A stretch of DNA of 20,660 nt from an uncultured Candidatus Bathyarchaeia archaeon (GCA_964450845.1 CAYVGZ010000021.1:1-20660); one strand, 5' to 3'; shown: positions 8,166-16,869, numbered from the stretch's first letter. The notes: generated by a model from the letters alone, not told the origin. Translations and numbers: made by a program.

Positions 8166-8189
8166 TGATGTGTAATTTTCTACACAACA
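8166..8189. promoter_or_regulatory. Palindromic operator-like site TGATGTGTA-N6-TACACAACA in the divergent S-component/citG promoter region
   Basis: 8 of 9 positions are complementary between the arms, with a perfect TGTGTA/TACACA core. Lies in the 8137-8239 intergenic gap. Confidence 0.5.
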
Positions 8190-8239
8190 TTAATAAAACT
8201 TTCCATGCTAACAGTATATGCAAAGGGGTGCTCTTGCGA

Positions 8240-9193
8240 ATGCACTTATGCGAGAAGGCAAAACACATTTCACAATGTCTGGAATTGGCTATTCTTTTTG
8301 AAGTTAGCGCAGATAAGCCTGGTAACGTGAACTTGGTTGTTGGTTTTGAGGGAACGCGCCATGAGCATTTTCTCGCTTCTGCTGTGGCTGCTGCACCTTC
8401 TTTCGAGTTGGCGGCAGAACGTGGAATTGCTTTTTCCCGAGGAGAATTACAAGTCAGTGATGTTGGTGTAGGGCGAATTATAAAGGATTGTATAGCAGAC
8501 ATTAATGCTTGGCAGCAAGGCGGCAACACATTAATTGGTACAGTGATATTGTTCGCACCTATCGCAGTTGCTGCTGGAATTGCTCCAACCAAAGGCGAGG
8601 AACATGTTTTTGAAATTCCCGAACTGCGAGAAAATTTGCGGCTTGTTGTAGAATCTACCACACCAGAAGACGCAGTTAACGTTTACGAAGCAATAAAAAT
8701 CGCCAAGCCTAGCGGACTCGGAAAGGCTCCAGGGCTCGACATTAACGATCCGCACTCGGTGAATAGGATAGTTAAGGAGAATATTTCACTCTATCAAATT
8801 TTTAAAATAGCGTCAGAGTATGATAGGGTTTGTTCGGAATGGGTTAGCAATTATCCAATAACTTTTGAATTTGCCTACCCGTGTTTAATGGAGCAAATTA
8901 GGGAAACTAAAGACTTAAACGTGGCTATAATTCACACATTCTTAAAGGTTTTAGCTGAATATCCAGATACTTTTATAGCCAGAAAGGTTGGCATTGGAAA
9001 AGCCCGAGAAGTTTCTCTTATGGCAAAGGAAGTTTTGGAGCTTGGTGGACTCGAAACTTCGAGAGGGAAAGAAAGTCTACGTAAATTTGACTTAAAACTT
9101 AGAAGTTCAAGCAATCTTTTGAATCCTGGCACAACTGCAGACATTATTGCGGCTGGTCTGGCTCTTTTCGTTCTCGATGGATACAGACCGTAG
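8240..9193 (+). CDS. citG: Archaeal CitG-family triphosphoribosyl-dephospho-CoA synthase-like protein
   Basis: Motifs 'FEVSADKPGNV', 'GNTLIGTVILFAP', 'PDTFIARKVG' and 'NPGTTADIIAA'. Start moved from 8150 to ATG 8240, which follows RBS GGGGTG (8225-8230). No citrate-lyase or malonate-decarboxylase genes are in the window, so the substrate may not be dephospho-CoA. Confidence 0.85.
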   Translation: MHLCEKAKHISQCLELAILFEVSADKPGNVNLVVGFEGTRHEHFLASAVAAAPSFELAAERGIAFSRGELQVSDVGVGRIIKDCIADINAWQQGGNTLIGTVILFAPIAVAAGIAPTKGEEHVFEIPELRENLRLVVESTTPEDAVNVYEAIKIAKPSGLGKAPGLDINDPHSVNRIVKENISLYQIFKIASEYDRVCSEWVSNYPITFEFAYPCLMEQIRETKDLNVAIIHTFLKVLAEYPDTFIARKVGIGKAREVSLMAKEVLELGGLETSRGKESLRKFDLKLRSSSNLLNPGTTADIIAAGLALFVLDGYRP

Positions 9194-9196
9194 CTG

Positions 9197-10318
9197 TTAT
9201 TTTTCGACCCACCTTTTGTATAGGAAAACTCCTATCCCATATAGGAATGCAGCTGAGAGCATAAGCGTTAACATGGGAATTGATAAATCTGCAAATGTGG
9301 CGTTTCGAATCATTATATCCCTTAACGCTTGGGCTGCGTAAGTCATTGGTATGAAGCGACCAATTTGCTGCATGTAGGTTGGAAGGTATTCAACTGGGAA
9401 ATACATTCCGGTGAAAAACTGCAGCACAATGGCGATTGTTGTGGCTGCGTTTGATGCTTCCTCTGGGGCTCTACCGATGCATGATATTATTAAGCCTAAG
9501 GCTATTCCGTTCATTGAGCCTAAAAAGAATATTGGAATCAGCAATGGAACATTCCAGTTTAGCTTCGGACCTAACAGAACCACAGCAAGAAGTGACATGA
9601 TGATTATTGATATTGACGTTTGGAACAGCGCTGCCAGAGTCTTTCCGAAGAGCATGTTTATTGGGCGTATAGGTGCAACTCTGATCTTCTTAAGTGTACC
9701 TTTTTCTCTTTCAAAAACAATTGCTCCTGTCGAGACAACCATACTTGAAAACAAAAGCGGATAAGTTAACATGCCTGGTACAATGCTCTCCTTATAACCA
9801 ATTTGCTGTCCTATTTCTGAAATTTCTGTGTTGATTGTTATTGGTTCAGAGTAGCTGGTGCTATAAGTGTGGTTGTAAAAATCTTTGTAGAATTCTGAGA
9901 AGAAGGTTTTGACCCCATCATTAATGACTCTATATACGTCTGGGTTTGTACCGTCCAAAATCAGCGACACACTTGCGTTTTCAGTATAAAGGTTCTTCGA
10001 AAAGTTATGAGGAATCACGAGTACAGCACGTATGTTGGTTGCGTTTAGTTCTTCCAGTGCATCGTTTTCATTTGTGAAGTTTTTAATTGTTAAAAATCCA
10101 GTGTTGTTGAGTCCACTTACTATACTTGCAGATATTCCATCCGTATCATGATCATAGTCCACGACTCCTATGTTTGCGTTGAATGGTATCTCTCTTCCAA
10201 AAATTGCGGTGAACAGTAATAGTATCATTACTGGAAAAGCGATTGTCCAGAAGATTGTTCCTTTTTGTCTGAAGAGTGTTTTAATGTCTTTTTTGGCTAT
10301 TCCTATTATCGAGTTCAC
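9197..10318 (-). CDS. ABC-2 type exporter permease
   Basis: N-terminal TM ('IFWTIAFPVMILLLFTAIFG'), extracellular domain ('IGVVDYDHD'), 'FEREKGTLKKIRVAPI' motif, C-terminal TMs with 'FFTGMYFPVEYLP..PMTYA'. Confidence 0.9.
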   Translation of the reverse strand: MNSIIGIAKKDIKTLFRQKGTIFWTIAFPVMILLLFTAIFGREIPFNANIGVVDYDHDTDGISASIVSGLNNTGFLTIKNFTNENDALEELNATNIRAVLVIPHNFSKNLYTENASVSLILDGTNPDVYRVINDGVKTFFSEFYKDFYNHTYSTSYSEPITINTEISEIGQQIGYKESIVPGMLTYPLLFSSMVVSTGAIVFEREKGTLKKIRVAPIRPINMLFGKTLAALFQTSISIIIMSLLAVVLLGPKLNWNVPLLIPIFFLGSMNGIALGLIISCIGRAPEEASNAATTIAIVLQFFTGMYFPVEYLPTYMQQIGRFIPMTYAAQALRDIMIRNATFADLSIPMLTLMLSAAFLYGIGVFLYKRWVEK

Positions 10319-11262
10319 GATGCAACCTCCTCAGTGAGTTTTCTTCCAGTTAATTTTACGAAAACATCCTCCAATGTTGGCTCGACAATCTCGATTTTTT
10401 CTATTAAAACTTCATGTGAAGTTAGTTTGGTGGACACTTCCGTCATAGTTTTCCATGGATTTTCTGCGGAAATGTGAATTTCGTTGTCTCTAACGCTAGT
10501 TTTGTATTCCTTAAGAATTGAAAGTGCCTTTTTTGCTTGAGAATTTTTAACCCTTAAGTGTATCAAAGGTTCTCCGCCTAGAGTCTTCTTCAGAATGTGC
10601 GGCTTGTCAAGTGCGACAATTTTTCCCTTATCCATAATTGCTACTCGGTCGCAGATTTCGTCAGCTTCGTACATGTCATGGGTGGAGAGAAGAACCGTTT
10701 TTCCAAAATTTTTGAGGTTTCTGATTAATTCCCAGAATTCCCTCTTAACATTAGGGTCAAAGCCAACAGTGGGTTCGTCTAAAATAATAATGGGTGGATC
10801 ATGGATAATTGATGCTGCAAGGTTTGCACGTCTTTTCATTCCACCTGAAAGCTGCTCAACTCTCCTATTCAGAAACTCTCCTACACCCAAAACCTTAGAG
10901 GAAAATTCTACTCGCTCTTTAAACTTCTTAGAGCTTAACGAATAGAGAGAAGCAGAGAAAGCAAGGTTTTCATGTACATTCAGTAAATCATAAAGCAACG
11001 TTTCTTGAGGGCAAAATCCAATTGAAGCACGAATATCCAAGGAATTTTTGGTCGGATCAAAGCTGTTGATCATCACTTTTCCACGATCAAATCTTCGCAG
11101 ACAGCAAAGTATCTCCATCAACGTGGTTTTGCCAGCGCCATTGGGACCCAATAGACCGAAAATCTCGCCTTTTTCAACGGCGAAAGAAACGTCGTCAACA
11201 GCTTTGACTTCACCGTAATGTTTCACTAAACTCTCAACTTCGATAATCATCTTTTCCGTCAT
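10315..11262 (-). CDS. ABC transporter ATP-binding protein (DrrA/CcmA-like)
   Basis: Walker A GPNGAGKTT, signature LSGGMKRR, Walker B ILDEPT, H-loop STHDM, C-terminal 'EPTLEDVFVKLTG'. ATG at 11262; an in-frame TTG at 11265 is the alternative start. Confidence 0.92.
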   Translation of the reverse strand: MTEKMIIEVESLVKHYGEVKAVDDVSFAVEKGEIFGLLGPNGAGKTTLMEILCCLRRFDRGKVMINSFDPTKNSLDIRASIGFCPQETLLYDLLNVHENLAFSASLYSLSSKKFKERVEFSSKVLGVGEFLNRRVEQLSGGMKRRANLAASIIHDPPIIILDEPTVGFDPNVKREFWELIRNLKNFGKTVLLSTHDMYEADEICDRVAIMDKGKIVALDKPHILKKTLGGEPLIHLRVKNSQAKKALSILKEYKTSVRDNEIHISAENPWKTMTEVSTKLTSHEVLIEKIEIVEPTLEDVFVKLTGRKLTEEVAS

Positions 11263-11288
11263 CAAATTTCCCCAGTCAAAGACACGTC

Positions 11289-11314
11289 ATGCTTTTTTCG
11301 AATATAAAAAGCAT
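11289..11314. promoter_or_regulatory. Perfect 9-bp inverted repeat ATGCTTTTT-N8-AAAAAGCAT overlapping a minus-strand TATA-like element upstream of the ABC operon
   Basis: Arms 11289-11297 and 11306-11314 are exact reverse complements. The minus strand reads ..CTTTTTATATTCG.. about 40 nt upstream of the ABC ATPase start. Confidence 0.5.
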
Positions 11315-11486
11315 TTCATTATGTTATATGGGTTTCCTCAATTATGAAAGTAAAAAAGAGCATGCTTGTGTCACATCTGGTTTAGCATTGATTTAGAGTA
11401 AAAAGGAAAAGAGATTTAGGTATGTATTGCTCTCAAAAATACACATCACGGGGATAATGCGTTTTAAATCAACAGGTGGATTACAA

Positions 11487-11891
11487 ATGATTGCAGGCAA
11501 GTTGCAGGTTACACTGCTGACTGGACGTACAATCGAACAAGGTGTAGGAAAAGAACATGGAAAAGCTTCAAAAGAATACGCGGAAAACGTCTCAGTTTGC
11601 TATGTGGACCCCGAAGACCTGAAAAGGCTTGGAATAAAAGAGAAAACTAACGTTCAAGTTTCAACAGAACATGGCTCAGTAGTCGTCAAAGCCGTAAAAT
11701 CTCTAAGAGGTCCACATCCTAGCATAATCTTTATCCCTTATGGTCCGTGGGCCAATGCTTTAGTTAATCCTGAAACTCATAGCATTGGCATGCCCTCTTT
11801 AAAGGGAATTCCAGCAGAGATTACGCCTGCCCACGACAAACCTATTTTAGAGTTGGAAAAGCTTCTCAAAGAAGAGTTTGGAAAGGAATAA
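11487..11891 (+). CDS. fwdD: Formylmethanofuran dehydrogenase subunit D (molybdopterin dinucleotide-binding)
   Basis: 'LLTGRTIEQGVGKE', 'CYVDPEDL', 'FIPYGPWAN', 'GMPSLKGIPAEI' motifs. Start moved to ATG 11487, after RBS AGGTGG. Confidence 0.92.
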   Translation: MIAGKLQVTLLTGRTIEQGVGKEHGKASKEYAENVSVCYVDPEDLKRLGIKEKTNVQVSTEHGSVVVKAVKSLRGPHPSIIFIPYGPWANALVNPETHSIGMPSLKGIPAEITPAHDKPILELEKLLKEEFGKE

Positions 11892-11892
11892 C

Positions 11893-13344
11893 ATGCAGGT
11901 TGTTAAAGCTGTTACATGTCCTGTTTGCGGATGCCTATGCGACGACATAGAGTTGAGGGTTGAAAATGGGAAAATAGTTAAAGTTAAAAATGGCTGTGCA
12001 ATGTGCGAATCGAAATTTTTAGGCTATAGCGGGCATAGGCTTTTGAAGCCGCTTATAAGAAGGAACGGCGAACTCGTTCAAGTTTCACTTAGTGAAGCCG
12101 TAAAGGGAGCTGCCAAAATACTTAGCGAATCGAATTATCCACTATTGTATGGTTGGAGTTCCACAAGCTGCGAAGCTACAAGCGTTGGCATTGAATTAGC
12201 AGAAGAAGTCAATGGAGTAATTGATAATACTTCAACGATTTGTCATGGTCCATCCGCACTGAGCATCCAAGACATTGGAATGGCGTCTTCCACACTTGGA
12301 CAAGTCAGACATAGAGCAGACCTCATAATTTATTGGGGGAGCAACCCGTGGAGTGCCCATCCACGTCACATTGAAAGATACACGGCTTTTACTGAAGGAA
12401 GATTCGAGAAAAGCGCATGGAGGGGATACCTAACCAAAGTTAAAGCCTTAAACGTTAAGAAAAAAATTGGAAGCGCTTTAAGGAGACTGCAACGTAAAGA
12501 AAAACTTTCTATGCCTTCGCTACATGCGTATCCTTATCCAACTCTTTTGAAGAAGGGTAGAAAACTCGTAGTTGTTGATGTTCGAAAGACGAGGACTGCA
12601 GAGATAGCAGACCATTTCATTCAGGTTGAACCTAACAAGGATTACGAACTTTTACAGGCTTTACGAGCTCTGGTTAGAGACCAAGAAATTGAAGCTGACA
12701 ATGTTGCTGGCATTCCTACTGAATATCTGGAAGAAATTGCCGATGTGATGGTTAACTGTAATTTTGGAGTACTTTTCTTCGGACTTGGACTTACAATGAG
12801 CAGAGGCAAGCTTAGAAACATAGATGCCGCCCTCAGTCTGACTCGAGATTTGAATATGCGAACCAAGTTTATTATTATGCCAATGCGGGGACATTTTAAC
12901 GTCACAGGTGCAGACACCGTTTTTACGTGGCAGACAGGTTTTCCCTATGCTGTGGACTTTTCGTTGGGCTATCCACGGTATAATCCCGGAGAAACATCCG
13001 CAGTTGATGTTCTTTTGCGGAAAGAGTCAGATTCAGCCCTAATTGTTGCGTCGGATCCCGTGGCGAACTTTCCGAGAAAGGCAGTTGAACATTTGGTTAA
13101 GAATCCCTTGATTGTTATTGACCCTCACATGAACGCAACAGCCCAAATGGCTGATATTGTCTTTCCGTCAGCATTCGTTGGGATAGAGGCAAGCGGAACA
13201 GCTTACCGCATGGACCACGTGCCACTTCCCCTAAAAAAAATTGCTGATCCACCACGAGGGATTCTTTCAGACGAGGAAATCTTGAGAAAAGTCCTTTCAG
13301 AAGTTAGAAAAATAAGAAAAAGAAAACAAGCTGAGGCATCATAA
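11893..13344 (+). CDS. fwdB: Formylmethanofuran dehydrogenase subunit B (Mo/W-bis-pterin catalytic subunit, Cys ligand)
   Basis: [4Fe-4S] motif CPVCGCLCDD..GCAMC, metal ligand in 'STICHGP' (TGT codon, not Sec), 'RHRADLIIYWGSNP..HPRH', 'MPMRGHFNV', 'WQTGFPYAVDF'. ATG 11893 follows RBS AAGGA. W versus Mo cannot be determined from sequence. Confidence 0.95.
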   Translation: MQVVKAVTCPVCGCLCDDIELRVENGKIVKVKNGCAMCESKFLGYSGHRLLKPLIRRNGELVQVSLSEAVKGAAKILSESNYPLLYGWSSTSCEATSVGIELAEEVNGVIDNTSTICHGPSALSIQDIGMASSTLGQVRHRADLIIYWGSNPWSAHPRHIERYTAFTEGRFEKSAWRGYLTKVKALNVKKKIGSALRRLQRKEKLSMPSLHAYPYPTLLKKGRKLVVVDVRKTRTAEIADHFIQVEPNKDYELLQALRALVRDQEIEADNVAGIPTEYLEEIADVMVNCNFGVLFFGLGLTMSRGKLRNIDAALSLTRDLNMRTKFIIMPMRGHFNVTGADTVFTWQTGFPYAVDFSLGYPRYNPGETSAVDVLLRKESDSALIVASDPVANFPRKAVEHLVKNPLIVIDPHMNATAQMADIVFPSAFVGIEASGTAYRMDHVPLPLKKIADPPRGILSDEEILRKVLSEVRKIRKRKQAEAS

Positions 13345-15035
13345 TGGAGATTCTGATAAGAAACGGCTTCGTTTACGATCCAACCAACGGGGTTAATGGC
13401 GAAAAGATGGACATTGCAGTTAAAGATGGAAAAATAGTTGAAAAAGTCGATGAGCGTAAAGCGAGAAAAATCAATGCTTCTGGAATGGTTGTTATGCCCG
13501 GCGGAGTTGACATGCACTGCCACATTGCTGGTTCGGAAGTGAACACTGGAAGGCTCTTAAGACCTGAAGACCATTTTAAAGATTTTGAACGTAAAACATC
13601 CATAACTAGGTCAGGTGTCGGGCACTCGATTCCTTCAACTTTTACGACTGGTTACCGCTATGCCAGGATGGGTTACACTACAATAATGAATCCTTCTATG
13701 CCGCCTTTAGAGGCTAAACATACTCATGAAGAGTTAAGCGACACTCCCATGGTTGATAAGGCTAGTTATCCACTTCTCGGCGACTGGTGGTTCGTGCTTG
13801 AATATCTGAGGGATAACGAAATTGAAGAATGTGCAAAACATATTGCTTGGATAATGACTTCTACAAAAGGCTATGCAATAAAAATCGTCAATCCAGGTGG
13901 GTTGGAAGCTTGGGGTTTTGGACACAACGTCCACAGCCTAGACGACCAAGTTCCACACTTCTGCATAACGCCGCGAGAAATAATCAGAGGCTTATGCAAG
14001 GTTAACAGGCTTCTGAACTTGCCTCACACAATCCACGTTCACACGAACAATCTTGGACAACCTGGAAACTACATGACGGCTCTGGAGACAATGGAGTGTG
14101 TTAGTGATTTAGCCTCCGATAACAAACCAGCAATTCACATCACTCATTGCCAATTCAGCGCATTCAAAGGTGATGACTGGCGGACACTTGAATCAGGAGC
14201 TGACAACATTGCAAACTACGTAAACTGTCATTCTCACGTAACTCTTGACATGGGGCAGGTCATATTCACGGACACGACAACTATGACTGCTGATGGACCA
14301 TTTCAGTTTGGACTCTACGAGCTTACTGGAAACAAATGGGTAAACCATGATGTTGAAACTGAAACAAGCGCTGGAATCGTGCCCTTCCGTTATCGCCGCA
14401 AAAGCTATGTCCATGCACTCCAATGGTCAATAGGCTTGGAACTGGCACTACTAATTGTGGATCCGTGGAAAATCTTTATGACAACAGACCACCCGAACGG
14501 CGGTCCGTTCACATCTTATCCAAAAATTATTGCGTGGTTAATGAGTAAAAAAGCCCGAGAAGCAACTTTAAAAAGGATTAATTCACGAGCAAAGAGCAGA
14601 AGTCTTCTTCCGTCAATAGATCGTGAATTAAGCTTTTACGAAATTGCAGTAATGACGAGGGCTGGACAGGCGAAAGCTTTGGGACTTAAAAGCAAGGGGC
14701 ATCTAGGAATTGGTGCAGACGCTGATATAGCCATATACAATGTAAACCCAGAAACAGTGGACCCTTCAAGAAAGTATAAGACTGTAAGAAGAGCGTTGAG
14801 AAGGGCTGGCTACACCATTAAAGGTGGCAAACTCGTTGTCAAAAACGGCGAAATACTGAAGCATGTTGAGGGCGCAACCATGTGGCTTGATGTGCAGACG
14901 TCTGAACCCTTAAAAGTTTCCGACGAAATGAAGAGAAAATTCAGAGAATATTGGACTGTTGAATACGAAAACTACCCCGTAGCAGAAAACTCTCTTGAAG
15001 TTTCAAACCCAATAATCGTAGAGGCCAGCATCTAA
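13344..15035 (+). CDS. fwdA: Formylmethanofuran dehydrogenase subunit A (binuclear amidohydrolase)
   Basis: 'PGGVDMHCHIAG', 'GYAIKIVNPGG', 'HTIHVHTNNLG', 'HITHCQF' and 'TTDHPNGG' ligand motifs are all intact. TAATG overlap with fwdB. Confidence 0.95.
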   Translation: MEILIRNGFVYDPTNGVNGEKMDIAVKDGKIVEKVDERKARKINASGMVVMPGGVDMHCHIAGSEVNTGRLLRPEDHFKDFERKTSITRSGVGHSIPSTFTTGYRYARMGYTTIMNPSMPPLEAKHTHEELSDTPMVDKASYPLLGDWWFVLEYLRDNEIEECAKHIAWIMTSTKGYAIKIVNPGGLEAWGFGHNVHSLDDQVPHFCITPREIIRGLCKVNRLLNLPHTIHVHTNNLGQPGNYMTALETMECVSDLASDNKPAIHITHCQFSAFKGDDWRTLESGADNIANYVNCHSHVTLDMGQVIFTDTTTMTADGPFQFGLYELTGNKWVNHDVETETSAGIVPFRYRRKSYVHALQWSIGLELALLIVDPWKIFMTTDHPNGGPFTSYPKIIAWLMSKKAREATLKRINSRAKSRSLLPSIDRELSFYEIAVMTRAGQAKALGLKSKGHLGIGADADIAIYNVNPETVDPSRKYKTVRRALRRAGYTIKGGKLVVKNGEILKHVEGATMWLDVQTSEPLKVSDEMKRKFREYWTVEYENYPVAENSLEVSNPIIVEASI

Positions 15036-15036
15036 A

Positions 15037-15861
15037 ATGATAAACCTATACCTTATAAAGGAATTCAGGTTTCCAGTAACAGCAGAATGCATAAGCCCAA
15101 ATGTTTTCCAAGACAAAACCCGCGAAGAAATCGAAGGACTCCAAATTTGGGAGGGAAACAGACAGAAAAAGCTTGGAGAAATCTTCAAGGTTGAGGAAAT
15201 CAAAACAGAAAACTTGCCAGAAAAAGAAATCATAACAATAAAGGGCGACGTAAGCAAAGTGCGAAGAATAGGATTTGGCATGAAAAGCGGAGAAATAACG
15301 ATTTACGGAAATGCTGGCATGCACTTAGGTGAAGAAATGAAAGACGGCAAAATAACTGTGCATGGAAACGTCAGCGGATGGGCTGGCTCAATAATGAAAG
15401 GCGGAACAATAGAAATTCACGGAAATGCTGGCGACTATCTCGGTGCTCCATACCGCGGAAGCATCGAAGGCATGCACGGAGGAAAAATAATTGTTTATGG
15501 AAATGTTGGAAATGAAGCAGGCGCACACATAAAAAAGGGCATAATCAAAATCTATGGAAATGTGGGTCAATTTGCGGGTTTACGAATGCGTGACGGAACA
15601 ATATATGTTCAAAAAGATTCTGAAGGAAGAATTGGCGCATGCATGACTGGTGGTAAAATTGTTGTTGGAGGATTTTTGGAGTCTGTTCTGCCAACCTTCA
15701 CGGTAGACAGTGTTAAAGAAAAGGTTAAAATTGAAGAAGGCGAGGTTGCCATGGGACCCTTTTACCTTTTCCTCGGAGACCTTGTGGAAAATGGAAACGG
15801 CAAACTTTACGTCTTCAAAGAGAAGAATCCTCATCTAAACCATTATGAAAAACTTCTTTAA
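15037..15861 (+). CDS. fwdC: Formylmethanofuran dehydrogenase subunit C (GXGXG beta-helix)
   Basis: 'VTAECISP' N-terminus and repeated 'GxxMxxGxIxVxGN' beta-helix units; operon position. Confidence 0.95.
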   Translation: MINLYLIKEFRFPVTAECISPNVFQDKTREEIEGLQIWEGNRQKKLGEIFKVEEIKTENLPEKEIITIKGDVSKVRRIGFGMKSGEITIYGNAGMHLGEEMKDGKITVHGNVSGWAGSIMKGGTIEIHGNAGDYLGAPYRGSIEGMHGGKIIVYGNVGNEAGAHIKKGIIKIYGNVGQFAGLRMRDGTIYVQKDSEGRIGACMTGGKIVVGGFLESVLPTFTVDSVKEKVKIEEGEVAMGPFYLFLGDLVENGNGKLYVFKEKNPHLNHYEKLL

Positions 15862-15873
15862 GGAGAAAGTTCT

Positions 15874-16845
15874 GTGAAAAAAGCCTTAAGTGTTAATCGT
15901 CTGGCATGGAAACTTTTGGATAAACTGTGTGAAAACCCAGATTTTTACGGAGTGAAAGTTGAAAAAACAGGCTCTGGAACAACTATTGTAGATGCTGGGA
16001 TAGAGGCTAATGGCGGGTTTCAAGCGGGAAAAATCATAACCGAAATCTGTATGGGAGGATGTGGAAAAGCAGAAATAATCCCAAGGCGATTCGGAGAACT
16101 GGAACTTCCGTCAATATTTGTTTACACAGACCATCCAGTGATCGCAACTTTAGGTTCACAGTTTGCTGGTTGGCAAATAAAAGAGGACGATTATTTCGCT
16201 ATTGGTTCTGGACCTGCAAGGGCTTTGGCTTTAAAGCCTAAAGAAATCTACGAAAAAATTGGATACAGCGATGATTCTGACAAGGCTGTTGTAGTTTTAG
16301 AGACTGACAAGCATCCGCCAGAGAAATTATTAGAACGTTTTGTAAAAGATTGTCATGTTCAGCCTGAAAATTTGGCAGTGATTCTTACGCCGACAGCCAG
16401 CATAGCCGGAGCAACACAAGTTTCTGGAAGAATAGTTGAAACAGGAATCCACAAGCTGAGCATGGTTGGGTTAAATGCTAACGTGATTTTGTATGCTTGG
16501 GGATGTGCTCCAATCTCGCCTATTCATCCAAAGTTTGTAAAGGCAATGGCGAGAACAAACGATGCAATTCTCTACGGCGGAATAGCCTACTACGCCGTTG
16601 AGTACGAAAATGAAGAAGAATTGAAAGCGATTGTGGAGAAGGCTCCATCTAAAGCCTCTAAAGATTATGGAAAACCATTCATAGAAATCTTCAAAGAAGT
16701 AAACTACGACTTTTACAAAATCGACCCAAACCTCTTCGCACCAGCAATTCTAATCATTAACAATTTGAAAACTGGCAACACATTTGAGAGAGGAGAAATA
16801 AACGCTAAAGCGTTAGAAGAATCGTTCGGCTTCAAGAATCGCTAA
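15874..16845 (+). CDS. mch: Methenyltetrahydromethanopterin cyclohydrolase
   Basis: 'LSVNRLA', 'EICMGG', 'LGSQFAGW', 'GSGPARALA', 'PTASIAGATQVSGRIVETG', 'FYKIDPNLFAPA'. GTG start after RBS AAGGAG. Confidence 0.95.
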   Translation: MKKALSVNRLAWKLLDKLCENPDFYGVKVEKTGSGTTIVDAGIEANGGFQAGKIITEICMGGCGKAEIIPRRFGELELPSIFVYTDHPVIATLGSQFAGWQIKEDDYFAIGSGPARALALKPKEIYEKIGYSDDSDKAVVVLETDKHPPEKLLERFVKDCHVQPENLAVILTPTASIAGATQVSGRIVETGIHKLSMVGLNANVILYAWGCAPISPIHPKFVKAMARTNDAILYGGIAYYAVEYENEEELKAIVEKAPSKASKDYGKPFIEIFKEVNYDFYKIDPNLFAPAILIINNLKTGNTFERGEINAKALEESFGFKNR

Positions 16846-16869
16846 CAAGTCAAAACCCTAATCAATTTA

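Noticed and set aside
8137-8661. N-terminal 175-aa extension of the 429-aa minus-strand ORF 7372..8661
   Set aside because: It lies antisense to the well-supported citG gene and is not hydrophobic or S-component-like. The membrane protein starts plausibly at ATG 8136.
12232-12252. Possible selenocysteine at the FwdB metal ligand
   Set aside because: The codon is TGT (Cys) in STICHGP and the ORF has no in-frame TGA.
13228-13242. CCCCT-A8 run in fwdB as a slippery or phase-variable site
   Set aside because: The frame is intact and the downstream sequence continues as normal FwdB up to the fwdA overlap.
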